DNA of 64,000 nucleotides from Okamejei kenojei (lineage: Eukaryota), in the NCBI GenBank assembly GCA_035221665.1, contig CM069131.1, positions 132,122,001 to 132,186,000 on the forward strand, written 5' to 3'. A program made the translations under genes and the position numbers. Of this stretch, positions 48,980 to 62,628 are shown piece after piece. How positions within the stretch are numbered: the stretch's first letter is position 1; every line of letters begins with the position of its first letter. Under the pieces are notes generated by a model that ran no database searches, was not told the origin of the DNA, and saw only the letters and a program-made list of their open reading frames with translations.

Positions 48980-49795
48980 CTCTTGCAAGATATATCCAAG
49001 AACACTGTGGAAAGCTAGAGAGGAAATTGCAGGAGCCCTCACGCAGATTTATGATTAAATACAGGCGAGGTGCCGGAAGACTGGAGGGAGGCAAATGGTG
49101 TGCCTCTATTCTGGGGAATGTTGTAGAGAAGAGGGATCAAGGAGTACATGTACGTAGTTCATTGAAAGTGGCATTGGCACATTGGCCTTCATCAGTCAGA
49201 ACAGTGGGTACAGAAGTTGGGAGGTCATATTGCAGTTGTACAAGATGTTAGTGTGGTCGCATTTCGAGTATTGTGTTCAGTTTTGAACATCATGGTATAG
49301 GAAACATATTGTCAAGCTTGAAAGTGTGCAGAGAAGATTTATGAGGAAGTTGCTAGGATGAGGGCCTGAGCTATAGGGAGAGGTTGTGTTGGCTGGGACT
49401 ATTCCTTGGAGCACAGGAGGATGAGGAGTGATCTTATGGAGGTGTGAAAATCATGAGAGGAATAGATCAGGTAGGTGCATAGTCTCTTGCCCAGAGTAGG
49501 GTAATCAAGAAACAGACGACATAGGTTTAAGGTGAGGGGAGAAAGATTTAATAGGAACCTAAGGTGCAAGTTTTTTCATTCAAAAGGTAGTAGGTGTATG
49601 GCATGAGCTGCCGGTGGAGGTAGTTGAGGCAGGGACTATTGCAATGTTTAAGAAACATTTAGACAGGCCTATGGATAGGACAGGTTTAGAGGGATATGAG
49701 CTGAATGCAGGCATGTGGGACTAGTGTAGATGGGACATATTGGCCAGTTGGGCAGAAGGGCCTGTTTCCATGCTGTTGGACTCTATGACTGTATG
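48980..49795 (+). mobile_element. CR1 3' fragment
   Basis: Degenerate ORF2 C-terminus and a 3' UTR ending ctctatgact. Confidence 0.7.
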
Positions 49796-50627
49796 GCTGA
49801 AGCTGGTGAAGAGCAAAGGCAGTGATATGTGGAAGAGCAAAGTGGGAGGTGAGGGTTAGAAGAGAAGATTACTAGTAAACACAGTAATCGTCAGTGTTAG
49901 CAGGAGAAATGTTGTAGCGTTAAATTACTCTTCTGATTGCCAAATTGTTTCAGGAGGGAATATCTCGTACTTAACAACAAGACATGGGAAAGGAGCTCAA
50001 ATTGTAGGCGACCACTTCAAAGGCTTGAAGATGATTTCTTGGCTGACATGCTGCTTGTCGGATGTTGGTGTGTCCAAAATCAATTATGGATTTTCAATAA
50101 TTAAAGCCCTGACCACACTTCACATGTTGTAGTACATCCTGGGGCTACAAAAGGCACAATCTAAATTCTGGTTCATTCTTTCTGATTAATTTCAATGGTG
50201 GCTGTAGTTTTGGAACAATATGTGAGGGCTGCCCAAAACTGCATGATTTCCCAAGGATCAGAAAACAATATCTCAACAGTTAAAATCTGATTTTAATCTA
50301 TTCATCAAACATTATTATTTATAAATTTAAAATTATCATAATAAACCTCCTGTGCAGTGAAAAAATAAAACTAATGTAAATTAACACTTCTAAGTAAACA
50401 CATCCAAACATTTAACGGTGGATGGATACACTGAGAAGTCTTACAAGACGAATAGAAGCAGTGTGATAGTGTCTGAGGGTCAAAAGGTTGTATTATTGTA
50501 CATTGGAGGACTTCCAGTGTTTTAATTTGGATTAAATACTGTGAAAAGCATATTTATTTAGAAATCCAATATACTTTTAAAATAATTCCACACAATTGAA
50601 ATGTGAAAGTAAAGTTTAAACTTTAAA

Positions 50628-51080
50628 CTTTGCCAGGGTTCCAGCAACTATGTTACAGAGAAAGGTTGAACAAGTTAGGTCTTTATTCTTTGGAGCGCAG
50701 AAGGTTAAGGGGGGACTTGATTGAGGTCTTTAAAATGATGAAAGGGATAGACAGAGTTGACGTGGATAAGCTTTTCCCATTGAGGGTAGGGAAGATTCAA
50801 ACAAGAGGGCATGACATGAGAATTAAGGGACAGAAGTTTAGGGGTAACGTGAGGGGAACTTCTTTACTCAGAGGGTAGTGGCTGTGTGGAATGAGCTTCC
50901 AGCAGAGGTGGTGGAGGCAGGATCGATTTTAACATTTAAAAGTAAAGTGGATAGGTATATGGACGTGAAGGGAATGGAGGGGTATGGTCTGAGTGCAGGT
51001 AGATGGGACTAGGGGAAAACAAATGGTCGGCACGGACTGGAAGGGCCGAGAGGGGCTGTCTCTGTGCTGTAATTGTTATA
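50628..51080 (+). mobile_element. CR1 3' fragment
   Basis: YRERLNKLGLYSLERRRLRGDLIEVFK (ORF 50630..50878). Confidence 0.85.
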
Positions 51081-51194
51081 TAGTTTAAACTTTAATGTGT
51101 GTGGAAATCAGGGTTGACAAAGGCTGTGCTGAACACTAATGGAACAGCAACATCTACAGGTGTTCTTTGGCATTACAAGTTCCCAAGTTATCAT

Positions 51195-53200
51195 AGAATC
51201 GTAGAAAATAGGTGCAGGAGTAGGCCATTCGGCCCTTCGAACCTGCACCGCCATTCAATATGATCATGGCTGATCATCCAACTCAGTATCCTGTACCTGC
51301 CTTCTCTCCATACTCCCTGATCCCTTTAGCCACACGGGCCACAGTTCATTGGCTATACTCCCTCTTAAATATAGCCAATGAACTGGCCTCAACTACCTTC
51401 TGTGGCAGAGAATTCCACAGACTCACCACTCTCTGTGTGAAAAAAGATCTTCTCATCTCTGTCCTAAAAGACTTCCCCCTTATCCTTAAACTGTGACCCC
51501 TTGTTCTGGAGTTCCCCAACATCGGGAACAATCTTCCTGCATCTAGCCTGTCCAACCCCTTAAGAATTGTGTAAGTCTCTATAAGATCCCCCCTCAATCT
51601 CCTAAATTCCAGCGAGTACAAGCCGAGTCTATCCAGTCTTTCTTCATATGGAAGTCGTGCCATCCCAGGAATCAGTCTGGTGAACCTTCTCTGTACTCCC
51701 TCTATGGCAAGAATGTCTTTCCTCAGATTAGGAGACCAAAACTGTACGCAATACTCCAGGTGTGGCCTCACGAAGACCCTGTACAACTGCAGTAGAACCT
51801 CCCTGCTCTTGTACTCAAGTCCTTTTGCTATGAATGCCAACATACCATGTGCTTTCTTCACAGCCTGCTGCACTTGCATGCCTACTTTCAATGACTTGTG
51901 TACCATGACACCAGGTCTCGTTGCATCTCCCCTTTTCCTAATTGGCCACCATTCAGATAATAATCTACCCTCCTGTTTTTGCCACCAAAGTGGATAACCT
52001 CACATTTATCCACATTATACTGTATCTGCCATGCATTTGCCCACTCACCCAACCTACCCAAGTCACCTTGCAGCCTCCTAGCATCCTCCTCACAGCTAAC
52101 ACTGCCCTCCAGCTTCGTGTCATCCGCAAACTTGGAGATGTTGCATTCAATTCCCTCATCCAGATCATTAATATATATTGTAAATAGCTGGGGTCCCAGC
52201 ACTGAGCCTTGCGGTACCCCACTAGTCACTGCCTGCCATTCTGAAATGGACCCGTTTACTCCTACTCTTTGCTTCCTGTCTGTCAGCCAGTTCTGTATCC
52301 ACATCAATACTGAACCCCCAATACCGTGTGCTTGTATAGTCTGTACGCTAATCTCTTATGTGGGACCTTGTTGAAAGCCTGAAAGTCAAGATATATCCAC
52401 AGGTTCTCCCTTATCCACTACTAGTTACATCCTCAGAAAATTCTATAAGATTCGTCAGACATGATTTACCTTTCATAAATCCATGCTGAATTTGTCCAAT
52501 GGTTTCACCGCTTTCCAAATGTGCTGCTATCCCATCGTTAATAACTGACTCCCCATAATAATCCCCATCCTAATAATTTTCCCCACTACCGATGTTAGAC
52601 TAACTGGTCTGTAATTCCCCGTTTTCTCTCTCCCTCCCTTTTTAAAAAGTGGGGTTACATTAGCTACCCTCCAATCCTCAGGAACTACTCCAGAATCTAA
52701 AGTGTTTTTAAAAATTAGCACTAATGCATCCACTATTTCTGGGGCTACTTCCTTAAGTACTCTGGGATGCAGCCTATCTGGCCCTGGAGTATAGGAGTAA
52801 GGCCATTCGGCCCATCGAATCTACTCCACCATTCAATCATGGCTGATCTCTGCCTCCTAATTCTATTCTCCTGCCTTCTCCTCATAACCGTTGACACCTA
52901 ATCAAGAATATGTCTATCTCTGCCTTCTCCTCCTCTGCCCTCTGTGGCAATGAGTTCCACGGATTATCTACCCTTTGAATAAATAAGTTCCTCCTCGTCT
53001 CCTTTCTAAAAGAGCGCCCTTTAATTCTGAGGCTATGACCTCTAGTCCTAGTCTCTCCCACCAGTGGAAACTCTATCTATGCCTTTCATTATTCTGTTAG
53101 TTTCAATGAGGCCCCCCCTCAACCATCTAAACTCCAGCGAGTGCAGGCCCAGTGCTGTCTAATGTTCATGTGCTAACCCACTCATTCCTGGAATCAGTTA
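51195..53200 (-). mobile_element. CR1 RT and 3' end, plus an adjacent second CR1 3' fragment
   Basis: ORFs 51346..51906, 51888..52307, 52527..52733. Confidence 0.9.
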
Positions 53201-56200
53201 CAGTAAAAACAATTACAGTTAAAATAATGTCTAACCAAAGATTCAGATCTTCTATACCAAGTATGCAAAGAAATATGCAGCCCTGTGGTAGATTTAGTGT
53301 ATACCAGATACTGTAGCGCCTGTCCCTTTAGTCTTAATTCTAGCTTGTTGGTTTAGTTGTTTTTGGGGGAGAAGGCAGGAGAATGGGGTTAAGAGGGAGA
53401 GATAGATCAGCCATGATTGAATGGCGGAGTTGACGATGGGCCGAATGGCCTAATTCTACTCCTAGCTCTTATGATCTTATGATCTTAGTTAAAGTTTATA
53501 ATGTAGCCTGTTAACATGGTTATTCTCATGGCTTTGAAGGCAATGAGAGAATGAACAAATTCAAAAGTATGCCCAAAATAACTATGGAAAAATCCTTTAG
53601 GCTAAAAATGTATCGGTCTGCAGAGATTCCACTAAACATGGCATGACTGTTTTGGTCTCTTGCAGATTCAGTGGCACTCAAAGTTGGCAAAACAAAGTTC
53701 AGGGCAGTATGAAGCAGGCATGTGTAGAACAATAAAGACAAGGATTGGACAGAGCCAAGTGACTGGTGGAGAGAAAAGGCCAGAACTATCAAGGCCAGCA
53801 ACAGAAGACCTCGGGAAGGATAGTGCCCACATAGGCCCATTGTTGGCTGGGGAAGGTGTGCTAACAAGAGGGATACAAGGATGTGAACAGTGGAACTGAT
53901 TGGATGGCTGGGATGGGGGAGGAACGGGAGGGTGGGGGGGGGGGGGGAGGGGAGGGGCGATGTGGGAATGCAGTAGTTACTTGAAATTAGAGAAATCAGG
54001 TAGCACTCCAGGAATCAGCGATTTTCATACATGTGGTACTAACTAAGGCAATGACGTGTGGCTGAATTAGTAGACATTCATTATTTATTCATTATCTGTT
54101 TTTTACTATAGAAAGCTCATGATGAGTTCAAACTAATGAAGATATAAATGCCAGAAATGCTCCATGATAGGGGAATTTCTAATCAATTCGTCTTATTTTG
54201 CTGAGCTACTTCATCCCACTGAAATAGAACATTAGTTCAGAGTAATACTTTACAGTACACGACATGAGTTAGAAAAATATAAGTCTTGATACTCCCAGGG
54301 GACTGGTGCATTGATAGATCTATCCTCAGAAGAATTGCAATTGAAATTCATCCTACGCTTTAAGGGACATCATCTCATTGTTCACTACATCCTTTGCTGC
54401 CCCCTGGCTTTGACATTAGTTTGAACACGTTCAGATCATGGCCACAAGTTCAGAACAGTCAATACTGTTGAAGCAAGGTTGACATCCTGGATCTGCTGGG
54501 AAAATGCAAAGGTATGGGTCAATATTTACAAAGGTGGGGAGGAGGCAGATAGTCACTAACTCAAGAGTCTATTTAATTGTCCTTCTGCAATAATCCTGGG
54601 TTAAGGGGAAAAAATTCACTGCTGCTTCCTCTCTCACTGATATTCTCTTGGAAACACCTTGCATTTTTCTAATTGTAAAAATGCAGCAGAGCACATTTCT
54701 ATCACTTAGCTTTTTTGAAACTGTGTAAGTGTAAGAGAGCCACAGGTGGAATGAACAGACACAATAAGAGTTATTTTACTTCTAAGGAAGCCTTTCAGGA
54801 TTGAGATGACGCTTCTACTCTGGGTTTGTGAGTTCTGAGGTGGTTAATGAGGCCAATGTGAGAACTGTAGACTCTTCCATGGATGGGGCAGTTAGTGGCT
54901 GACAGGAGAATTAATTTGTGTGGCGGTTCTCCCACCTCTTATCACAGCTCTGTGCGTTCTCAATGCAATGCTCCAAGGTTGTCAATTCCATCATGTTTCT
55001 CTTAGAGTGACTGTGGGCCAGGAATTCCCATGGGTTAGTGGGCCTGCTGCATTTCTTCAAGTAGGCTTCCAGCACATCTTTGAACCCTTATCTCTGTCAA
55101 CCTGATAATCTTTTTCCATGGCAGAGCTTGGAATAGAGCATTTGTTTCAGGATTCTGGTGTCGGGAGTGTCAAGAAGGTTTATATTGTACACTGACAACG
55201 GAATAATTATTTTTTTACTTGCAGCAGATTAACAGGCCCAGCAACATAGTACACACAGATAAAATATAATGATCAAAAAAATATTCAATATTAATAACTG
55301 TAATGCTAGGAGGCCATAATAGTGCAAAAGCCATGTCCATAATGCAACCTAAAGACCTTCGAGGTTCATAATTCAATCCATCAAGGTTCATAGTTGTTGA
55401 CTTTTGTGCTGTGTAGTGTTCAAGAGCCTGATGGTTGCTTGATAAGCAGCTATTCTTGAAGCTGGTGGTCATGGTTTTCAGGCACACGGATGGTGTGGCC
55501 TGCCCAATGTTTGCCAGCTGAATGTAACTGAAGCATTAACACTGGTGATGTTGGCCTGGAAGAGGTCACTGGAGGGGCTGAAAGAAAGAGTCATACCACC
55601 AGGCATCACTATTTCTATACCAATCATTACTTTATCCGTACACAAATCCTCTTCTACTCTTCTCACATTCTGAAACATTCTCCACAAATTCTACCACTCA
55701 CCTATATTCTGCACTGTGGACAATTTATTGCAGCCAATTAACATACCAACCCCCATATCGTTGGGATGTGGGAGGATACCAGAGCACCAGGGAGAAATTC
55801 ACATGGTCATGGAGAACTCCCAACTCTGCATCAAAGTACAAGATTAGAGCTGGGTCACTAGAATTGGGAAACAGCTGCTCTACTAGGCCACCACTGTGCT
55901 GCCCATTAAGTCCCTTGTCCTTCCAATGAGCAGGAAGGATTTGTGGGGGAAGAATTGATGGTGTTTTTCCTGTGAACTTAGCTGCCTGCTCTACATAGTC
56001 GAGGTCTGAGGAGGATATAGGAGGTCAGGGATCACTGCTGCCTGGTAAGACCATGTGTTTTGTGCCAGGTCTGAGGCCTTGAATCTGCAAGGCTGGATGG
56101 CAAAATCTGAAAAGTGAGATCTTTCACGTTGCAGAGCCAAGAGGCTGAATGTCCTTGTGTAATGTCAATTTCTATGATTCTAAAGTAGTGCCCACTCCAT

Positions 56201-56505
56201 ATTGATCTCTACGAATCTCATTGAATAGAATTTACACAGCCAGAAATAAATTTCACTCATAAGTGAACTCGTTATCTAAATTTATTTCTTGGCCCAAATT
56301 TCAGACATTTGCATATGCACAGAAGTCACCCATGAAGCATTAGAATTGTTAACAATTGTTTTAAAAGTATTCCTTGATATATTTGGCAGTAATGGGGATT
56401 TCTGAAAATAAATGAAAATGATTATCACATGATCAATAAACATCTTTGCTAAAACAGTTTACCTCATGACATCCTTATAGGTCCCTGAAAATCACATAAT
56501 TATGT

Positions 56506-56728
56506 ATGGGTGGCGCAGTGGTAGAGTTGTGTCTTACAGCGAATGCAGCGCCGGACACCCAGGTTAGATCCCGACTACAGGTGCTGTCTGTATGGGGTTT
56601 GTACATTCTCCCCGTGACCTGCGTGGATTTTCTCCGAGTTCTTCGGTTTCCTCCCACACTCCAAAGACGTACAGGTTTGTAGGCTAACTGGCTTGGTACA
56701 TGTAAAAATTGTTCTTAGTGTGTGTAGG
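56506..56728 (+). mobile_element. V-SINE (HE1-like), truncated by the ERV insertion
   Basis: A-box ggtggcgcagtggtag, B-box-like ggttagatcc, V-domain gtttgtacattctccccgtgacctgcgtgg...ggtttcctcccacactccaaagac. Confidence 0.8.
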
Positions 56729-57364
56729 TGTTGTGTTCTATAAATCACTGGATTCAGATAACAGAGTTTGATTCACTCAGCCATTTATTACACTACTAAA
56801 TAAGGCACATACACTCGCGTATCCTCGAATACCTCCAATGCAGTCGCAAAACCCGAGTGCACAGCAGAGACCATGCGGCAGGATGTTTCTATGTACACTC
56901 GCGTAAACTCGTACTCACTCGCAAACTCATCAGAGCAGGCCACAGGATGATTCATTCTTGATCACCTGGCACCATTCGCAACACGGCCGAAGGCTGCGGT
57001 TCCCTCCCCGAAAGGGTGCCCAACACCAATCTTTATGGCATTTCTTATCAGAGCAGACTGCGCCAATGCCCCCTCCCTGAGCCAATCACAAGGCCCTCTT
57101 GTATGCAATGTTTCTGCGTTACTAGCAGGCAGGGTGCACGGGTGGTCTACTCAACTATTGCTGTTGTGTTTTGTTCGCCAACGCAGCCTTTCCCATGCTA
57201 ATCTATGGGAAAGACTGCACTCCCAGGCAATGATCACAGGTGAGAGGAGATAACGCAATCTGGAAACTTGTTTTCAAGAGGCTATGGAATGTAGGGCTGC
57301 TAACTTAGCTGATAACTCCATTTCATATTTTAGCTGAAATTGTCAGATGAACCTTTACACTACA
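56729..57364 (-). repeat. ERV 3' LTR
   Basis: TG...CA termini on the minus strand; preceded by PPT AAGGGTGGAG; direct repeat of 62629-63188. Confidence 0.8.
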
Positions 57365-58047
57365 CTCCACCCTTGGAATCATCAGTCATAGTGCCCATCT
57401 AACTACATGTTACTGAGTATACAAGCAATAATAATCAAAAGTACAATATAATCATTCTATCTCTATGAGTGTGAAGTGATTATGTGTCAAACTCACTATC
57501 CATGCTGAAATGGCATGAGATATGTGTTCTATCAGACACCGAGCTAGTCTTGGATGACTCTGTGAAGGCAAAGCTTATCTTAATGGCCTTGCAATCATTC
57601 CCATGATTTACTGCCCCTTTTAATCAGCTCAAGACTGCAAAGTGGTGTTTTGAACACAATTTCAACTCGCATTAACCCCATACACCCCAAATCCTGTTAC
57701 ATTCGGCCGACAGGCTCAATACCACCCCTCCACCCTTGGCATTCCTCAAACGGCAGTGGGGAAGCACACAATTGCAGAATATTATGCCAACTACAACTAA
57801 AACAAGCCCAGTCACCAGCCATTGCATAATAATATGCCCCAACCTCCGAAACCCCCAAGACCACCTATTCCACCATGTGCACTCCGAGGCCACATTGTGC
57901 AACTACCAACTTTATTCAAGGCTTCAACCTGTGGGCCACCAGGTTTGTAAAGTTTTCATTGGCATCCAGAATGTAAGTGCAGCATTCTCTCCCTGTGGCA
58001 CAAGTCCCCTCTTTCTCTGCTAGTAGGAAGTCCAGGACCATGCGATT

Positions 58048-58224
58048 TAAGAGAGAGTTAGAATGGATTTACGAGAGAGTTAGATAGAGCTCTAGGGGCT
58101 AGTGGAGTCAAGGAATATGGGGAGGAGGCAGCCACGGGTTATTGATAGGGAACGATCAGCCATGATCACAATGGTGGTGCTGGCTCGAAGGGCCGAATGA
58201 CCTCCTCCTGAACCTATTTTCTAT
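58048..58224 (+). mobile_element. Short CR1 3'-end insertion in the env ISD
   Basis: CR1 3' UTR flanked by gatt (58044-58047, 58225-58228). Confidence 0.8.
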
Positions 58225-58719
58225 GATTCTGCAAGGCGACAGTTTGTATTGCCACCATCTTGGCACAGGGCCTGCCTTCACTAGCCCCAGAGTGGTCCTA
58301 TTGTCTGTGATGTGGAGCATGTGCACAAACTCAGTTTACGTAGGTACATATGCAGGAGCGAGAGATAGGCGGTGCAGCAGCCAGCACTGCAGAAGTATCA
58401 GCCCACGCCATCGTCCGGTATACATAATGCGCCTCGTGGTTGTTCTGTAGAGAGAGGGCGGAGCAGGGTCCTTCTCACCTAGTTAAGTGCTGTAAAGGTA
58501 GACATATAGGTTTAGCCTCCCTGGTCACCATAAGCCACCGTGAATTGCCCTGCACTGCGGCAATAACTTCCACCTTGCGAGGGGGTTCCCTGCTGGGAAC
58601 TGAAACCCACACCTTCTGGGCGTCTTCCTGATGTTCTTTCGTTGTTGTGGCGTTATCTGGCTCAACTGCAACAGCCAGATATCGGCTCATGGGTGCCCCC
58701 CCCCGTGCCACAGGTCGTT

Positions 58720-59441
58720 GGTTCCGTATGCGGACAGGACGTCGAAGGACGAGAAGCCGATGCTAAGAAGCTGAAGCGAAGATGCCCGACATACATCATG
58801 GCGAAAAGCCAAAATACCGAACGGACACGACGCCGAAAGGACGCGCCGCTGAAGCGATACGAAGCCGAAGTGACATGACTCCAAAAAGCCATGATGTGGA
58901 AAACCCATGACGCCGAACGGACATCATGTCTCCGAAAACGGGATTGGTCCGACACCTTGTCAGTCATCAACAAAGGTCAGCGATTGGTCCAGACCCCTGC
59001 GTCCATCACATCACGACGGGAGGGTGGGGAGAGCTTGAGCTTGCGTTTGTAAAATGATGGCAGTGACTCCAAGCTGCTGCGATTGCAACAGAGGCTGTGA
59101 TGTGATGGACGCGGGGGTCTGGACCAATTGCTGACCTTTGTCTATGACTGACAAGGTGTCCGACCAATCCCGTCCCCGGAGACGTACAAGGTACAACAAT
59201 TTAAATATTTAAAAATGTAACAAGGTACAATTCTTGCAGCAAATATAGATTTTTTAAAGTGTTTCGTACCTATTTATCATTTCGACTTCATGTCCGTTCG
59301 GCGTCGTGTCCATTCGGCTTTGCGTCCTTTCAGCGTCGTGTCCGTTCGGCATCTCGGCTTTTCGACGTGATGTCCATTCGGTATTTTGGCTTAGACTTCT
59401 TGGATTTGGCTTCCCGTCCTTCGCTGTCCCATCCGGGTACC
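58720..59441. mobile_element. Foldback/MITE-like DNA element with long modular inverted repeats, inserted in the ERV integrase
   Basis: GGT-CC termini; inverted arms built of ~15-bp cggaca-cga-gccga units; inner inverted repeat ~58929-59013 / 59097-59183; 3-bp flanks gtt/att. Confidence 0.75.
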
Positions 59442-61480
59442 ATTGGTTCAAATTGTATACTGCTTTCTGTAACATAAGGGCCCTTTGAGTGTGTAGGACT
59501 TATTGTACGTATCTGCTCTTTTAGTAGACCATTCGCACGCTCCACCAGCCCTGCTGCTTGCGGGTAATACGAGATGTGGAGGGTCCACTGCACCTCATTA
59601 TCAGCTGCTCATTGATGTACTTTGTTACCGGTTTAGTGGGACCCATTTTCAGACAATCTCCCATGTGGTGCCATACAAAATACAATACAAATACAAATTG
59701 CCTTTATTGTCATTCAAACAAACAGGTCTGAACGAAATTTTGTTCCCTGCAGTCATAACAGTAAAATAAACATAACACATAATTAGCACAGTTTCACACA
59801 GACATCCATCACAGTGAATCTCCAAACACCTCCTCACTGTGATGGGAGGCAAAATTCTTATCTCTTCCCTGTTCTTTGTTCTTCTCCTGCATCGAGGCGA
59901 TCGAGGCTCTTGACGTTAAAGCCCCCGGCGGGCGTTGGTAAGTCCCGCGGCCGATTAAGCCGCACCGGGCGATGTAATGACCTCCTCATGCAGATGGCTA
60001 ATGCTGTCGGGGCCTCACTCAGCCTTACCAGAGATGTACCATATCCATTTTACAATAAAGAAGTGCTACGCATGTCCCACCTTATGGGAGATGTTGGCAG
60101 ACTGAACCCAGGTTATAAAAGGTAAGTGAGGGCGCATAACCACTATCTCACCTGCCGTAAGGTGTTCGGTAGCAAGGAGTGCCAGGTAGCAAGGAGTGCC
60201 AAGTAACATGCAAACAATTGTCGCTCAAAGGGTCAATATTGCTCGGCAGGATCAGGCAATGCCTTTGGCCAGAAGCCAAGACGCGCCCGTCATTCTGTTG
60301 CCACAGACTCCACTCCTCCTCACAGCAGTAGCCGACACCTGCAATTCAAAAGAGACATTTACCCACCATAAAGCAAGCGGGAGCGCCTGTTCCACCACCC
60401 TCTCAGCCATGTAGTAGGACACAGCAACCCCATCAGGGAGGCTAACAGGGGCATAAAGCCTAGGGTCACCCAGTCAAGCGAGGGCCACTGAGAAAACCCG
60501 CATGGGATCCTGGTCACAGTCTAGGGGGAACGGGCACGGTCCGGGTTTTCTTCATTCTGCTCATGATTCCCCTTTTCTCACAGTGTATTTTCCAAAGGAC
60601 ATAGAGGGTGCTTGTGGGAACGGCGTCTATCGGTTGCTTATCCACTCCAGCTCGGAGGACAGCCAGAAACACTTCCTTTCTGGATAGATGCCCCTTAGCC
60701 CCACTGTCTGGTCTGAGATTGGATGCATCAGTTCTCCTCACTTGTTGCCCCAAGCAGGCGTGGTCAGTCAAATGGTCCAACCCCTCGAGTGCATTGAGGG
60801 CTATCCCTATAGATTCCTTAACGCCCGGTCCCAGGACCGGGAGTACCACCCCCCTGATGCCAGACGCCGGTCTCAACTAAATAAGAAAGGAGGGAGGCAG
60901 TAAGTCACAGTCCTCAGGTCTCTCATAATTCTAGACATCATCATACAAGTACATAATCAGGGCCCATTGTCTCAGTGCAACTGCATCATCCTCGGCTGTG
61001 GACCATGAGGGGGGGGAGGGTCATAGGTCTGTCGGTGGGGGAAGGTAGGGACCCTGATCCACTGCCTGTTTCCCGCTGTGGTTATCATACCTGATATCCC
61101 CATCCCAGGTATTAACGTCCTCCCCCCTTATCATTAGTGAACGGACTTTAATCGGATCAACTTGCCAGTCCGCGTGCTTAGCCACCTCAGCTTGCTGGAA
61201 TCTGGCCAACTCACAATCTGTGTCCACTGCCCGGTTATCCATCTCCGCTGCCCAGTTTCTGGATGGCTCCACTGCCTCCGGGTCAGTGGGTTCTCCTTTA
61301 ATTTATCAATTTTGTCTTTTAGGTTTTTTACTTCTTGTTCTTTTTGTTTAAGATTCTCATGTTGAGATTTAACTATTGATAGTAACAGCCAGAATGCTCC
61401 TTTGTAGCTCCCTTTTTCCTCGAGAACCGGCTCTCTTTTAACTGTGCCAATATATTATGTCCGATTGTAACATTAGGATT

Positions 61481-62430
61481 GTTTTTTTTATTAAGGTTTA
61501 TTTAAATAGGGACAGATACAAAAACATAGATACACTTGAAACAGTCATCTGATGTATGCATCATAGTGTTTTTAGCCAAAGCTAATTCGCAACACTTGTC
61601 CCTAGTAGGGCTTTTGGTTAAAAATGATAATACAGATTAACATTATTAAAAATAGGAAAATGGAAATGGAAATGAGATAAGAAATGGAAAAGCGAAAAAG
61701 ACATACAGAGAGAGCACAGTGTAAAAACTAAATATGAGAACAAGATTGTTGTTGAATTAGCCACAATTTTGTGTTTCTTTTGAATCTGACATATGTAGGG
61801 ATACATTTCAAGTGGTCTGGCAGTGTGTTCCATAATTTTGTCCCTTTTACTGAAAAGGCAGTTTGAGCAAAAGATGTTCTGCAGAAGGGGATACTACAAT
61901 TGCCTTTTGACGCTGCTCGGGTGGTGGATCTAGTACCACTTTGCAGTCTTGTTATAGTTTTGCACAGCAGCTGGAGAGCAGCGCCATTTAGGCACCTGAA
62001 GACCAATTTAACTAAATGTAAGGAAATAAAGTTAGCAAAACTTAGGATCTTATATTTGCTTAGAATTTGACAGTGATGATACCTTATTCTTTTTTTGTCC
62101 AGGACTTTCAAGGCTCGGTTATGAGACACTCTATGGCCTTAATTGATGACTGGTGAGCCTGGGACCATGTGGTTAAGTCATAAGATATATGTGAGAGAAT
62201 CATAGAATTCATGAAAAGAAAAGCACAGTTAAAAGTCAAACAGTTTCTTATAATCATAAAACAGCCCAAGTTTGCCTTAATGGTTTTACACATTTTCTTA
62301 ATATGACTTTTAAAGTTCAACTGATTGTCTATAATTATTCCCAGATACTTTACTTCAGGTACTTGTTCAATGAGCTCATCATTGATTTTTATATTGAGGA
62401 AGTTTGTTAGGGGTAGTTTTTTGTTATTTA
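61481..62430 (-). mobile_element. L2/Crack-like LINE 3' end inserted in the ERV leader
   Basis: ORFs 62108..62320 and 61728..62129 (RTSFAQTAFSVKGTKLWNTLP...FKRNTKLWL); A-rich tail at ~61481. Confidence 0.7.
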
Positions 62431-62608
62431 TTGCATCAGCCCTGTCGATGGGCTGTCGATGTGCATCGGCTCTGTCGACTGAGCAATTAAGTTAGCTAAA
62501 CACGCAAACCCATCTGTATTATCCACCCATTCAAGGATCCGACAAGTTTCAGATTCCACTGCTTTCTTTGACATGCACATTATTTATTACTAAGTGTCTG
62601 TTATCTGA

Positions 62609-62626
62609 ATCCTGCCGACTACACCA
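62609..62626 (-). promoter_or_regulatory. ERV primer-binding site, tRNA-Ser
   Basis: Minus strand TGGTGTAGTCGGCAGGAT, 17/18 match to the vertebrate tRNA-Ser 3' end as recalled (ATCCTGCCGACTACGCCA); 2 nt from the LTR. Confidence 0.8.
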
Positions 62627-62628
62627 AA

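Noticed and set aside
54435-54511. Possible plus-strand exon (cag...gtatgg)
   Set aside because: Weak polypyrimidine tract, no partner exons, no homology recognised
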